64,000 nucleotides of DNA from Candidatus Poribacteria bacterium. Its GTDB lineage: Bacteria > Poribacteria > WGA-4E > WGA-3G. Of this stretch, positions 1 to 9,731 are shown in pieces (positions within the stretch are counted from its first letter, which is position 1; every line of letters begins with the position of its first letter). Both the position numbers and the translations under genes were made by a program. The DNA lies in assembly GCA_965215265.1 (NCBI GenBank), contig OZ244048.1:3424001-3488000 (forward strand), given 5' to 3'. Under the pieces are notes generated by a model. It did not search any database. It was not told the DNA's origin and worked only from the letters and a program-made list of their open reading frames with translations.

Positions 1-1417
1 CGCGCCTTGAGAGCCCCGCTTTATCAACCACCCGTACGACCTCATCCACGTCTTTGTAAGCTTCTGAAACCTCTTCTTGCAGTGTCCGTCTGCCTTCTGC
101 ACGTACGAAGATGCCTTGTGCTTCCAGGTCTGCCCGGATAGAGCGGCCTTTCGTGAGGGCGATTGCCCGTCTGCGCGAGAGGACTCTCCCTGCACCGTGG
201 CATGTCGTCCCCCACGTCTCTGCCATCGCGCCTGGATTGCCGACCAACACATAAGAGGCTGTCCCCATATCACCAGGAATCAGTACCGGTTGTCCGACTT
301 TCTGATATTTTTGCGGAATCTCCGGATGCCCTGCGGGGAAGGCACGGGTCGCACCTTTTCTATGGACAAAAAGCTCGCGTTCTTTGCCGTCAACCATGTG
401 TTTTTCAAACTTACCGATGTTATGTGCAACATCGTAGACGAGCTCTAAGCCGAGCTCATCTTCGGTTGTTTCAAAAAACTGCATGAAAGTCTGGCGGACC
501 CAGTGCATAATGCATTGTCTATTGTTCCACGCGTAGTTTGCACCACATGCCATCGCCGTAATGTAATCCTGTCCCTCCTTTGAATTAATGGGTGCCGAGG
601 CAAGTTGCCGGTCAGGGAGGTTAATCCCGTATCTTTCTGCGACTTTAACCCAACTCTTGACGTGCTCGTCGCAAATCTGGTAGCCGAACCCGCGCGAACC
701 AGTGTGGATCATGACGCAGACGTTCCCCTCAGTGAGCCCCATCACTTCGGCAGCTTCGCGGTAAAAGATTCGATCAACAACTTGAATTTCGAGGAAATGG
801 TTGCCGGAACCGAGGGTTCCGAGTTGATTTTTTCCTCTCTGGAGGGCCCGTTGACTTGCAGCATCGGAATTCGCGCCTTGCAGGAAGCCTGTGGCTTCTG
901 TAAATTGAAGGTCGTGTGGATGGCCGTACTCTCGCTCAATTGCCCAGCGCGCGCCTTTTTCCAACATCTCCCGTTCTTCTCCGATAGAGAGTCGAATCTG
1001 GCCGGTGGAACCGACACCACATGGGACATTTTCAAATAACTTACTGACAAGTGCCTTCGTTTTGCCTGCTAGTTGTTTTGCATCCAGGTTTGTTCGGACT
1101 AACCTCACACCGCAATTAATATCGTATCCGATGCCGCCCGGGGATACGACACCGTCGGCTTTCGGATCTGTGGCTGCGACACCACCGATGACGAAACCGT
1201 AGCCCCAATGCAGATCGGGCATCGCCAGTGAATGTTTGACAATACCGGGGAGATGCGCGACGTTTGCAACCTGCTGCAGTGCCTCGTCGCTTTTTGCCTG
1301 TTCAAGGAGTTTCTCATTGGCGTATATAATGCCGTCTACGCGCATACCTTTCATATAACTTTTCGGGATGCGCCAACGGTATTCATCCAGTTTTTGAAGG
1401 GTTATGTTGTATTCCAT
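1..1417 (-). CDS. rtcB: RtcB family RNA ligase (3' end runs off the window)
   Basis: Missing from the ORF track. Manual translation from ATG 1417: MEYNITLQKLDEYRWRIPK...AMPDLHWGYGFVIGGVAA...SPGGIGYDINCGVRL...EAYKDVDEVV, which are RtcB motifs. Confidence 0.93.
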   Translation of the reverse strand, partial: MEYNITLQKLDEYRWRIPKSYMKGMRVDGIIYANEKLLEQAKSDEALQQVANVAHLPGIVKHSLAMPDLHWGYGFVIGGVAATDPKADGVVSPGGIGYDINCGVRLVRTNLDAKQLAGKTKALVSKLFENVPCGVGSTGQIRLSIGEEREMLEKGARWAIEREYGHPHDLQFTEATGFLQGANSDAASQRALQRGKNQLGTLGSGNHFLEIQVVDRIFYREAAEVMGLTEGNVCVMIHTGSRGFGYQICDEHVKSWVKVAERYGINLPDRQLASAPINSKEGQDYITAMACGANYAWNNRQCIMHWVRQTFMQFFETTEDELGLELVYDVAHNIGKFEKHMVDGKERELFVHRKGATRAFPAGHPEIPQKYQKVGQPVLIPGDMGTASYVLVGNPGAMAETWGTTCHGAGRVLSRRRAIALTKGRSIRADLEAQGIFVRAEGRRTLQEEVSEAYKDVDEVVRVVDKAGLSRR

Positions 1418-1459
1418 AATAACTCTCTATTTTACATGGTTCAGATGGTTGATTGATTT

Positions 1460-1891
1460 CTAATGCGGTGTTTCGTCTGATTGGGTTAATAATTTGATGA
1501 GTTCTGCTTTGGTTTCGGCGTCTAAGGCGCGTAAATCTTCTGAGCTAAGCCCAGCCAGTCGTTCTTCCAGTTTCATGCCCTGAAGCCTTTCTTCCAATGT
1601 CATGCTCTGCAGCTGTTCTTCCGGTGTGATGCCCTGGAGCCGTTCTTCTAGTGTCATTTTTTTGAGCAAATCGGGCCCCATGACATCAATAATCCGCCGG
1701 AGCTGTTTATCGTATAAATTCTCTCTTTTTGCCATTTTGAAGACCTCCATTGTGATTTCTGGCGCTACCCGCGCCGCATAGGAGAGGTAAGCCAGATTAT
1801 CCTCGCCGATGAGTTGCTCGACAAACTGGTAAAACTTCCGTTTGGACGAGGCAAAGAGCAGCAGGGGGTAATTTTTCGCCACCAGTTCCAA
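1460..1891 (-). CDS. Tandem copy of the C-terminal half of the upstream nuclease-like gene; probable product is a 91-aa protein from ATG 1735
   Basis: Near-identical to 1921-2330 but lacks the nuclease motifs. GGAGG (1748-1744) lies 8 nt before an in-frame ATG at 1735. Four 9-aa xEERLQGxx units. Confidence 0.7.
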   Translation of the reverse strand: MELVAKNYPLLLFASSKRKFYQFVEQLIGEDNLAYLSYAARVAPEITMEVFKMAKRENLYDKQLRRIIDVMGPDLLKKMTLEERLQGITPEEQLQSMTLEERLQGMKLEERLAGLSSEDLRALDAETKAELIKLLTQSDETPH

Positions 1892-1937
1892 TTCATTACC
1901 CGCAAAATTCAGGGAGTTTTTAATGTGGTGTTTCGTC

Positions 1938-2792
1938 TCATTGGGTTAACAACTTCAGGAGTTCTGCTTTGGTTTCGGTGTCTAAGGCGCGTAAATCTTC
2001 TGAGCTAAGCCCAGCCAGTCGTTCTTCCGGTGTGATGCCTTGGAGCCGTTCTTCCGGTGTGATGCCCTGGAGCCGTTCTTCTAGTGTCATTTTTTTGAGC
2101 AAATCGGGCCCCATGACATCAATAATCCGCCGGAGCTGTTTATCGTATAAATTCTCTCTTTTTGCCATTTTGAAGACCTCCATTGTGATTTCTGGCGCTA
2201 CCCGCGCCGCATAGGAGAGGTAAGCCAGATTATCCTCGCCGATGAGCTGCTCGACAAACGGGTAAAACTTCCGTTTGGACGAGGCAAAGAGCAGCAGGGG
2301 GTAATTTTTCGCTACCAGTTCCAATTCGTTACACACAAATAGGTTCACAGGCAATAAGTCCGTGCTTTGATAATGCCCGATACCTACGGAGTCCCACTTC
2401 ACATCAGATGGGCAGCGGCTCAACACGTTTCTGGGTTGACGCGCGGAGACGATTGTCACCGTCATGTCAGCTGCCGAGATTTTCTGCTCGGCCAGGTAGA
2501 GGTGGCTGCGCCCACGAATGAGGTGGTATCCGTCTCGTGTGAGAGCATCGGCTTTGCCTTTGAATTCAATCTGATTGTAGCGGCTGAAATAGTTGAAAGC
2601 GGTTTGTGTCTGAACTCTCTCACGCTGTTGAGCGGTTTCCAAGACGAGCAGCGCATCGATGGTGCGTGGGAGCCGGCTCACCTCCACTTGTGTTTGGATA
2701 GGGATGGCGAGTTGCCCGAAGTTCACTGTCAAAACTTCTTTGAAGACAGGGTCAAGAAAATTGCGTTCGCTTGTTGGGTTATCAGTCGCCAT
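1938..2792 (-). CDS. PD-(D/E)XK nuclease-like (Rpn-like) protein with C-terminal EERLxG repeats
   Basis: RLPRTIDALLV...NQIEFKG (D...ExK) and three 9-aa repeats. Paralogous to 30862-31947. ATG 2792 follows AAAGGTG. Confidence 0.7.
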   Translation of the reverse strand: MATDNPTSERNFLDPVFKEVLTVNFGQLAIPIQTQVEVSRLPRTIDALLVLETAQQRERVQTQTAFNYFSRYNQIEFKGKADALTRDGYHLIRGRSHLYLAEQKISAADMTVTIVSARQPRNVLSRCPSDVKWDSVGIGHYQSTDLLPVNLFVCNELELVAKNYPLLLFASSKRKFYPFVEQLIGEDNLAYLSYAARVAPEITMEVFKMAKRENLYDKQLRRIIDVMGPDLLKKMTLEERLQGITPEERLQGITPEERLAGLSSEDLRALDTETKAELLKLLTQ

Positions 2793-2977
2793 TACACCTT
2801 TACACCTTTCCATCTCTACAATCTGATAGTGCGTAACTGCTTTGTGTTATTATATCGTATTTTGGCGCAAATTGCAAGCAAAATCCGGGGTGAGGTGTGG
2901 TAGCATTCAGCACGAAACCTATGCGCAAGCCGCCTCGCACTTTCTATTTACCTTGGCATAACAGCAGCCTCTCCTTT

Positions 2978-5900
2978 TTATGAAGGCTGTCCACTCTCAT
3001 CATCAGATTCAGGCATTACCTGATGAGGTAAGCGCTCAATGATTCTGGTTGATTGGACGCTGATGTAAACGATGCGCTCTATGGCTGTTATCAGGTCTCG
3101 TGGATGCTCGAACCAGCCGTTGGCATCGTTGATGATGCCACTCTCCTTGTCCTGCTTGATGCGATACCTGTCTATAAACCACTCCAAGGGGGTTCTGCCG
3201 TTGACCAGGTAACGATGCGCTTCTTCCGGGATACCGGTCAATTGGACGTGTTCGTTGAGCATCAGCGTTGTTTTCTGCGGCTTATCGGCAAATCGCATGG
3301 CCCGGGTGCCGAGCCGAAAATGCTGCGGTTGCGGCACGCCCTGCTGTGCGAAAATAAGTTCCAACGGAATGCGTTCACCCGTCTCGTAACTGAGGTGGAG
3401 TTCGGCGAGTCTGGAGCCCGCTTCCGCGAAGGCGTGGAAATCGGGTGCAAACGGGATGCGTGGTAACATCTTGGACAAATCGTTGGCGAATTGTTCCCGG
3501 TAACTGGGTGCGTGCAGTACACCGTAAACGTAGTCGAAGATGTCGTCTTTGCTGATGGTGTCGTCCCTGTAATGTTCACGGAAGGCAAGTAGTGCGGTGT
3601 CTGAGATATTGTCAATCCGTTTGGGTGAATCGTCAACAGAGAGAAATGAGTCAGACGCGTCTGGTTTATCCGAAGGTTTCGGATATTGCCACCGCGGGAA
3701 GCATTGGCACGCTTCATTAAAGCCGAGATCCGGCAGGGTATCAGTAATAAGCGCGGAAAACGATTTTTTTGAACCGATGCCGGGGACACATATCACTCGG
3801 TTTTCGCTGGAACTGTCTGGGAAAATCTGGTGCATCTGGTACCGCCTCTGTATGAACGTGTAATCTGTGTAACAATTTGTGGCAATGAAAGGTCGGTACA
3901 CAACCTTTTGGATATAACTCTCATTAAATGCGGTTTTTCTCCTCCGCCTTAGGTCGTTCTCAAGATCTGTATTCCACTTAATATTTGTGGCGTAGCGGTT
4001 GACGACCTCCGCTATTGTTAATTCCGGGTTTTCTTCAAGTTTAGAGAGTGCGGCGAGGTAGTCTTGCGTCATCTGTCTTGCATTTTCAGCACATGCCTCG
4101 CGTGAGAAATTATAGATATATGCGTCTCTACTTGTGGCCAAACCTTGCGAATATAACTTAAATATCGCATCGTCTGCTTTTCCTGCTTTTGCCTGCTTTG
4201 TCCCCATCGGATAAAATTTACTAAACGCTTCACTGCGCTGCTCAATCCAATCGTGGTGGGCGTTAGGCGTAATTATCTGCCAATCGTTGAACCCTTTTAT
4301 AGATACTGCCTCGCGGAGTGCATCCAGTTTTTCCTCGCGGGTGAGATAATCGCCGATGTCACGGTAGTGGATGCGGCATCCGTCATGGGAGGCGTTTGGG
4401 TTTTTGACAAGGATTGTAATAGCAACAGGGGCCCGTGAGCCTTGACCGAACACGTTATCTCCTTCAGCACGTCTCCGTTCCCCGGATGTTCTCGCATTCC
4501 CTCGTAGGTTTAGGACGTGGATGGAGCTGAACTCCTCCACTAAACAGGCGCGGATGCCTGCATCGGCGTTTCCGTCAATCCATGAGCCGTTGGTGACGAA
4601 GGCGATAACGCCTTCATCCAGCCTATCAGATGCCCAGCGGATTGCTAACTTGTATGTGTCGTATAGACTGTTTTTTAGTGTTGCGGTAGAACGTTCTGCG
4701 TAAGTCTCTCTGACACGGTTTTCAAGTTCGGGATAATCAATGTTGGGGTTGTCGTCGGCTGCGCTCCGCTGTCCTACGGACCAGGGTGGATTGCCGACGA
4801 TGACCTGGATTGGGAGTTGCTGTTGCCGTTCGGCACGTTCGTTGTTGTCGGGCAGCCACTCCTTCGGGAAAAGGGTGGGAGCTTCTTCCTTGTTCAGGTT
4901 GAACGTATCCGTCAGCACGATGCCCTTAAAGGGTTCGTAGGGGCTGTCTTCTCCGTGCCGGCCACGGAACGCTTCTTCTATATTCACGGCGGCGATGTAG
5001 TAGGCGAGCAGCACGATTTCATTGGCGTGGAGTTCCTCCCGGAACTTGCGCCCCACATCGTCCGGGTGGATAAGCCCAGATTGTAACAGTCGGACGGGAA
5101 AGATGCCGGTGCCCGTAAACGCATCCAGCAGATGCACTCCTTCATCGCTGAGGCATCGGCCAAATTCATCTCGCAACACCTCCTCGGCACTGTGCAGAAT
5201 GAAGTCTACAACTTCAATCGGTGTGTAGACGATACCGAGGCGTTGTGCGTCTTTCTCCAAGGCAGTGGCGAAGAATTTCTCGTAAAGTTCCAACAGAACG
5301 CGTTGTTTGCCTTCGCTGTTGTCTATACCGCGTGCACGGAGTTGGACGCTCTCGTAGAAACGGGCTAAATCGCGTGTTTCGTCCTCCAATCCGAATTCTG
5401 AGAAATCGGCTTGAAGGGCGTTCAGGGCCCTCGAGACAGGGTTGCTGGCGGCGAAGTCGTAATGTTCAAAGAGTGCTTCAAAAACAGGGCGTGTCAAGAT
5501 GTGCTGTGCCATCATCTCTATGGCGTTGCTCCGGGTGATTGAGGCGTTTATTGAACTTTGCAATTCTGTATGGAACGCGTCGAACCATTCACGCAGTGCC
5601 TCATTTTCGAGGGTATTGAGTAAGCCTTCAATTCTTGCGGTGACTCGCAAAAAAATATCGGCGACATCCTTTGCCCAGCTCTCCCAGTATTTTCTGTCTC
5701 CGCAGTTCTCAACGATTTTGGCGCAGATGGCATCGGCGGGAATCTCCAGGGGCAAAAAGAGTTGTTGCGCGTTTAAGGCAGCCGGGGTGTCCGTGCCATC
5801 TCCATCAAGGTTATATCCGGTGAAGATTATCCGAGGGGTGGGGGTGTTGTTGAGGTCTATTCTGTTGATTTCGGCGTTGAGCCTGTCGTCGTGTGAGCGG

Positions 5901-7813
5901 AGGGCGCGGAGAATCTTCCACACTGCGGCGAACCGGTTATTGTCGTTGAGAATATTGGCCGGATCTGCGCCTGCGGGTATTGCCACCGGCAGGATGATGT
6001 AGCCGTACTGCTTGCCGGGCGCTTTACGCATCACACGGCCGACTGCTTGCACGATGTCCACGTGCGAGTTCCTCGGGGCCATGAAGAGCACTGCGTCGAG
6101 GGCGGGGACATCGATGCCTTCGGTGAGACACCGTGCATTTGAGAGAATACGGCAAACCCCGTCAGAATCACCCTTTAACCACTCAATCCGTTTTTTGCGG
6201 GCGAGCGCATTATCTTTTCCATCCACGTGCTCGGTTTCGCACTTAAAGTTGTGCGGGCGGTGCGCGTCCGGCATTCGTTCTATAGCACTCTCTATAACCC
6301 CGTCCCAATGTTTCACAAGGTTCTTTGACGCGGCGATGGTGTTGGTGAAGGCGATGGCACGGGTTAGCGGTTTGATTGCCGCATCGTCAGGGGTTTTTCT
6401 TTCCGGGTTTTGGAGGGCACGCCAGCAGCCTACAATCTTCGTCGCGTCGTTAATGTTAAGGGCGCTGCCACCGGATGTGCGGTATGTCTGCAGCGCTGCA
6501 TCCGCATTAGGTTCGTATATGGAAAGCACGACAACCTTGTAGTCAGAGAGCAGATCTTGTTCGACGGCTCTAGAGAAGGGCAGGTAATGGAATGCTTCGC
6601 CGTAGGTGTCCGCATCGTCCATAGAGAACACTTCAATATCATGGCGTGCGGCTTTTGCCTTCGCGCTTTCGGTATAGAGGCGTGAGGTAGCCGTCATGTA
6701 GAGGCGCTTCTTGGCATGGATTCGGGCGTTGTCGTGTACCAGTATAAAGTGAGAAGTGTCTTCATCTGAGGCTGCGATGCCTGTGGTTCGGTGTGCTTCG
6801 TCGCAAAGGACGATATCAAACGGCGGGGCGGCTGCCGCTTGTGCTTGTTCGACGATGGGGAGTGAATGGTAGGTGCAGAACACGACTTTCATAGTGTCCG
6901 TGTCTCTTTTCTGAAGCGCTTCAGAAATCACATCGGGCGCTGTCGTCACTGGTATTTCCAGCTCCAGGATGGATGCCTCCTCGGTGGTTTTCCCGGCTCG
7001 GGTATCGGAACAGATGCCGATGTAGCGGTGCGGGATGGCCTGTTGTTCTGCCCATTCTCGCATCGCTTGTGAAAAGAGCCCGATGGAGGGCACGAGGTAT
7101 AGCACCCTGCCACCGACACCGGCGATAGCCTCGGCAATGCGGAGCGCCGTGAACGTTTTGCCGGTGCCGCACGCCATCAGGAGTTTGCCACGGTCGGAAT
7201 GTTTGAAGCCGTTGATAACGTCATCAACCGCTTCTTTTTGATGCGGGCGGAGGCTGAACTTTTCTGGTTGAGAGTCGAGTTGTTCGGGCGCTTGCTCGGC
7301 GAGGTCCGGCCAGTTGACGGGGCGGCTGGCGAGCTCGGCGGCACTGAGGCGTTGGCAGGGCGGTTGCAAGCCGTCGAGAGTCCTATAGACGTTGGCACTC
7401 CAGCTGTCGCTGGTGTCAACGAACAGGCGCGCGGTGAAGGGCGCACGACCGGATGCCGAGATAAAGGTGTCCACATCTTGTTTTCTGATACGTGTGTTTT
7501 CAGCGTAACATTTGCACTGGATTGCGCAGTAGCCGCCTTCGCGTTCTTCCGCTACCAGGTCGATGCCGATATCCACCCCATCGAACTCTGGGCGAAGCGC
7601 TGCCCATTCAGCCCAGAGATACACATCGGAAAACCGATTTTTATAGAAGGCATCTTCAAGCAGATAGCGCCGGATTAAACGCTCGAAAAGTCTGCCGACT
7701 CCGTATTGGGTATTCGCATTTTCGCGAATGTAGTGGAGGGCCGTGTAGAAGCCGTTATCTTTTTGTTCGGTTCCGCTTTGTAAGTCTAAGTAGATTTGTG
7801 TGGTTTCTGACAT
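2978..7813 (-). CDS. Type ISP restriction-modification enzyme (LlaGI/LlaBIII-like)
   Basis: Mrr-like nuclease (DIGIDLVA...AIQCK), SF2 helicase (GTGKT, DEAH, QAVGRVMR), adenine MTase (DAFTGTG, NPPW) and a C-terminal target-recognition region in one 1611-aa chain. Confidence 0.92.
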   Translation of the reverse strand: MSETTQIYLDLQSGTEQKDNGFYTALHYIRENANTQYGVGRLFERLIRRYLLEDAFYKNRFSDVYLWAEWAALRPEFDGVDIGIDLVAEEREGGYCAIQCKCYAENTRIRKQDVDTFISASGRAPFTARLFVDTSDSWSANVYRTLDGLQPPCQRLSAAELASRPVNWPDLAEQAPEQLDSQPEKFSLRPHQKEAVDDVINGFKHSDRGKLLMACGTGKTFTALRIAEAIAGVGGRVLYLVPSIGLFSQAMREWAEQQAIPHRYIGICSDTRAGKTTEEASILELEIPVTTAPDVISEALQKRDTDTMKVVFCTYHSLPIVEQAQAAAAPPFDIVLCDEAHRTTGIAASDEDTSHFILVHDNARIHAKKRLYMTATSRLYTESAKAKAARHDIEVFSMDDADTYGEAFHYLPFSRAVEQDLLSDYKVVVLSIYEPNADAALQTYRTSGGSALNINDATKIVGCWRALQNPERKTPDDAAIKPLTRAIAFTNTIAASKNLVKHWDGVIESAIERMPDAHRPHNFKCETEHVDGKDNALARKKRIEWLKGDSDGVCRILSNARCLTEGIDVPALDAVLFMAPRNSHVDIVQAVGRVMRKAPGKQYGYIILPVAIPAGADPANILNDNNRFAAVWKILRALRSHDDRLNAEINRIDLNNTPTPRIIFTGYNLDGDGTDTPAALNAQQLFLPLEIPADAICAKIVENCGDRKYWESWAKDVADIFLRVTARIEGLLNTLENEALREWFDAFHTELQSSINASITRSNAIEMMAQHILTRPVFEALFEHYDFAASNPVSRALNALQADFSEFGLEDETRDLARFYESVQLRARGIDNSEGKQRVLLELYEKFFATALEKDAQRLGIVYTPIEVVDFILHSAEEVLRDEFGRCLSDEGVHLLDAFTGTGIFPVRLLQSGLIHPDDVGRKFREELHANEIVLLAYYIAAVNIEEAFRGRHGEDSPYEPFKGIVLTDTFNLNKEEAPTLFPKEWLPDNNERAERQQQLPIQVIVGNPPWSVGQRSAADDNPNIDYPELENRVRETYAERSTATLKNSLYDTYKLAIRWASDRLDEGVIAFVTNGSWIDGNADAGIRACLVEEFSSIHVLNLRGNARTSGERRRAEGDNVFGQGSRAPVAITILVKNPNASHDGCRIHYRDIGDYLTREEKLDALREAVSIKGFNDWQIITPNAHHDWIEQRSEAFSKFYPMGTKQAKAGKADDAIFKLYSQGLATSRDAYIYNFSREACAENARQMTQDYLAALSKLEENPELTIAEVVNRYATNIKWNTDLENDLRRRRKTAFNESYIQKVVYRPFIATNCYTDYTFIQRRYQMHQIFPDSSSENRVICVPGIGSKKSFSALITDTLPDLGFNEACQCFPRWQYPKPSDKPDASDSFLSVDDSPKRIDNISDTALLAFREHYRDDTISKDDIFDYVYGVLHAPSYREQFANDLSKMLPRIPFAPDFHAFAEAGSRLAELHLSYETGERIPLELIFAQQGVPQPQHFRLGTRAMRFADKPQKTTLMLNEHVQLTGIPEEAHRYLVNGRTPLEWFIDRYRIKQDKESGIINDANGWFEHPRDLITAIERIVYISVQSTRIIERLPHQVMPESDDESGQPS

Positions 7814-7961
7814 ATTAGTTCTTTTCAGCTCCTTTGCGAACGGGGATGTAGGGTCTTCGGAAGGATTGTTGTTGTGGTGCTTGGCGTGTCAGGGTGCCGT
7901 TCTGGAGGTGAGGGATATCTGGAATCAGCGGCGGCGGCGCTAGTGGCAGCGCTGCGAGCAG

Positions 7962-8003
7962 AAAAAAAGCCTGCCCTGTGCTTGAGGGTGCCAGTGGGCA
8001 GGC
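7962..8003 (-). terminator. Intrinsic terminator in the leader of the type ISP gene
   Basis: Minus strand GCCTGCCC-19 nt-GGGCAGGC followed by T7, about 150 nt upstream of ATG 7813. Confidence 0.7.
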
Positions 8004-8053
8004 GTGCAGTCGAGTGAAAGTGAAGTTGAGGCGAGCTGGTGATGCGCGAGAAC

Positions 8054-8227
8054 TTAACAGATATAAGGGGGGGGGTAAATCGTTCTTTTTGCTGACGGAC
8101 CCGGCAGATGGCAGTTATCGGCGGCAGTCGTAATACGCGTGAATCTCGATTGAGTGCTTGCGTGCAACGGCAGCGCGGTATTGAGAGAGAGGACAGATTT
8201 TACTGAAGTGCTAAGAGTTATATGCAT
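8054..8227 (-). CDS. Putative 57-aa leader ORF ending in a C9 tract (…TIYPPPYIC*)
   Basis: Open from ATG 8227 to TAA 8056-8054; C9 at 8075-8067. The SD is weak, so translation is unproven. Confidence 0.5.
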   Translation of the reverse strand: MHITLSTSVKSVLSLNTALPLHASTQSRFTRITTAADNCHLPGPSAKRTIYPPPYIC

Positions 8228-8453
8228 GAGCGTTATGGTTACCCGCGAGGTTGGAAACCCTTATCTGTCGAGGCAGGGGGTGTTTCCTAACTTGCGAGTT
8301 GAAAGATCTATTTATTTTTAGAATCAACTATATAGCGAACATCTGGTTTTTCAGACGTTCAGATAAAACTCGGTTTGATTAAGACTAGCGGTTTGAAACC
8401 GGGTGAACCAGAAACATTGTCTCAGCAATATTTTCAGAGAGCTGTGCGTGACA

Positions 8454-9629
8454 TTAAGGGGACAGAGTTGGCAACTCTGGTATTTCCATCCATCGTCGGT
8501 TTTTCCAAGACTCCCATCCCTTTTCTGCTAACTGAACGCCTTTGGCGCCGGCAAGAAGTGTCCAGGGGAACGGTTCATCAGCGACGACATGTCTGAGGAA
8601 GAGTTTCCACTGTGCCTTGAAGGCGTTTTCGTAGGTTTCCTGTTCTGGTACCTTGAGCCATCCATCAAAGAATTGGATAGGTTGTTCGATGTCAGGATTC
8701 CAGACGGGACGTGGGGTTGCAGAGAGAGGCTGGATGCAGCAATCGCGTAATCCAGCAACAGCAGAGCCGTTCAATCCGTCTACGTGTATTGTCAAGAGAT
8801 CGTCGCGTCGTACTCGGACTGCCCAAGAGGAGTTAAAATGAGCGATGATGTCACCTTCTAATTCAAAAGTCGAGTATGCGGCATCTTCGGCTGTACATCG
8901 GTATGGTTTGCCTTCTTCGTCCCAGCGTTGCGTAAAATGTGTCGCTGCAATGCAGGAGACACCTTTGACTTCGCCGAAAAGGTTGTCCAGTACGTATCGC
9001 CAGTGGCTAAACATATCGAGTATAATTCCACCGCCGTCTTCAGCCCGATAGTTCCATGAGGGCCGTTGTGTCGGGATTAGATCACCTTGGAAAACCCAAT
9101 AGCCGAATTCACCTCGGACGGCAATAATTTTCCCGAAAAAATCAGCGTCAATGAGACGTTTCAGTTTTTGGATGCCGGGTAACCAGAGTTTATCCTGAAC
9201 GACTCCGTTTTTGAGTCCGGCGTTTGTTGCCTGTTGGTATAGGCGATACGCATCTTCAGTCGTGGTGGCGGTTGGTTTTTCACAGTAGATGTGTTTGCCG
9301 GCGGAGATTGCGGATTGAACCGCCTTGACACGCTGTGACGTGACTTGCGCGTCAAAATAGACAGAATAACCGTCATCGGCGAGGACAGCATCCAAATCAG
9401 TACTCCATTTTTCAACACCTGTAGTCTGGGATAGTTTCTCTAGTTTGGCTGGGTTTCTACCGACGAGGATAGGTTCAGGCATAATCACTTTTCCTTCCTC
9501 AAGTAGAATGCCGCCTTCTTCAGCGATTGCTAAGATGGAACGGATGAGATGTTGGTTGGTGCCCATTCTTCCGGTGACACCGTTCATGATGATGCCGATA
9601 CGTTGTACTTCTTTGATCTGATTCGTCAT
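8454..9629 (-). CDS. Gfo/Idh/MocA family oxidoreductase
   Basis: IIMNGVTGRMG Rossmann start, HIYCEKP. Confidence 0.88.
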   Translation of the reverse strand: MTNQIKEVQRIGIIMNGVTGRMGTNQHLIRSILAIAEEGGILLEEGKVIMPEPILVGRNPAKLEKLSQTTGVEKWSTDLDAVLADDGYSVYFDAQVTSQRVKAVQSAISAGKHIYCEKPTATTTEDAYRLYQQATNAGLKNGVVQDKLWLPGIQKLKRLIDADFFGKIIAVRGEFGYWVFQGDLIPTQRPSWNYRAEDGGGIILDMFSHWRYVLDNLFGEVKGVSCIAATHFTQRWDEEGKPYRCTAEDAAYSTFELEGDIIAHFNSSWAVRVRRDDLLTIHVDGLNGSAVAGLRDCCIQPLSATPRPVWNPDIEQPIQFFDGWLKVPEQETYENAFKAQWKLFLRHVVADEPFPWTLLAGAKGVQLAEKGWESWKNRRWMEIPELPTLSP

Positions 9630-9731
9630 AGAGGTCCTTATTCTCAATATCATCCAATGTTGAAGAGTTCATCAAGTTCAAAGAGTTGCTGCAAGCCAGT
9701 CTCCTTTTGGTGTGGAGTATCCGGCATGTTC

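Noticed and set aside
77-1456. Several short ORFs from the track over the first 1.4 kb
   Set aside because: All are antisense or off-frame shadows of the minus-strand rtcB gene, which the track missed because it runs off the window.
1938-2813. Calling the Rpn-like genes transposases or IS elements
   Set aside because: No terminal inverted repeats, target duplications or DDE/HUH motifs; only a PD-(D/E)XK-like signature.
3700-4260. Apparently AT-richer segment in the type ISP target-recognition region as a swapped module
   Set aside because: The impression is by eye only, and no flanking repeats, alternative cassettes or invertase are visible.
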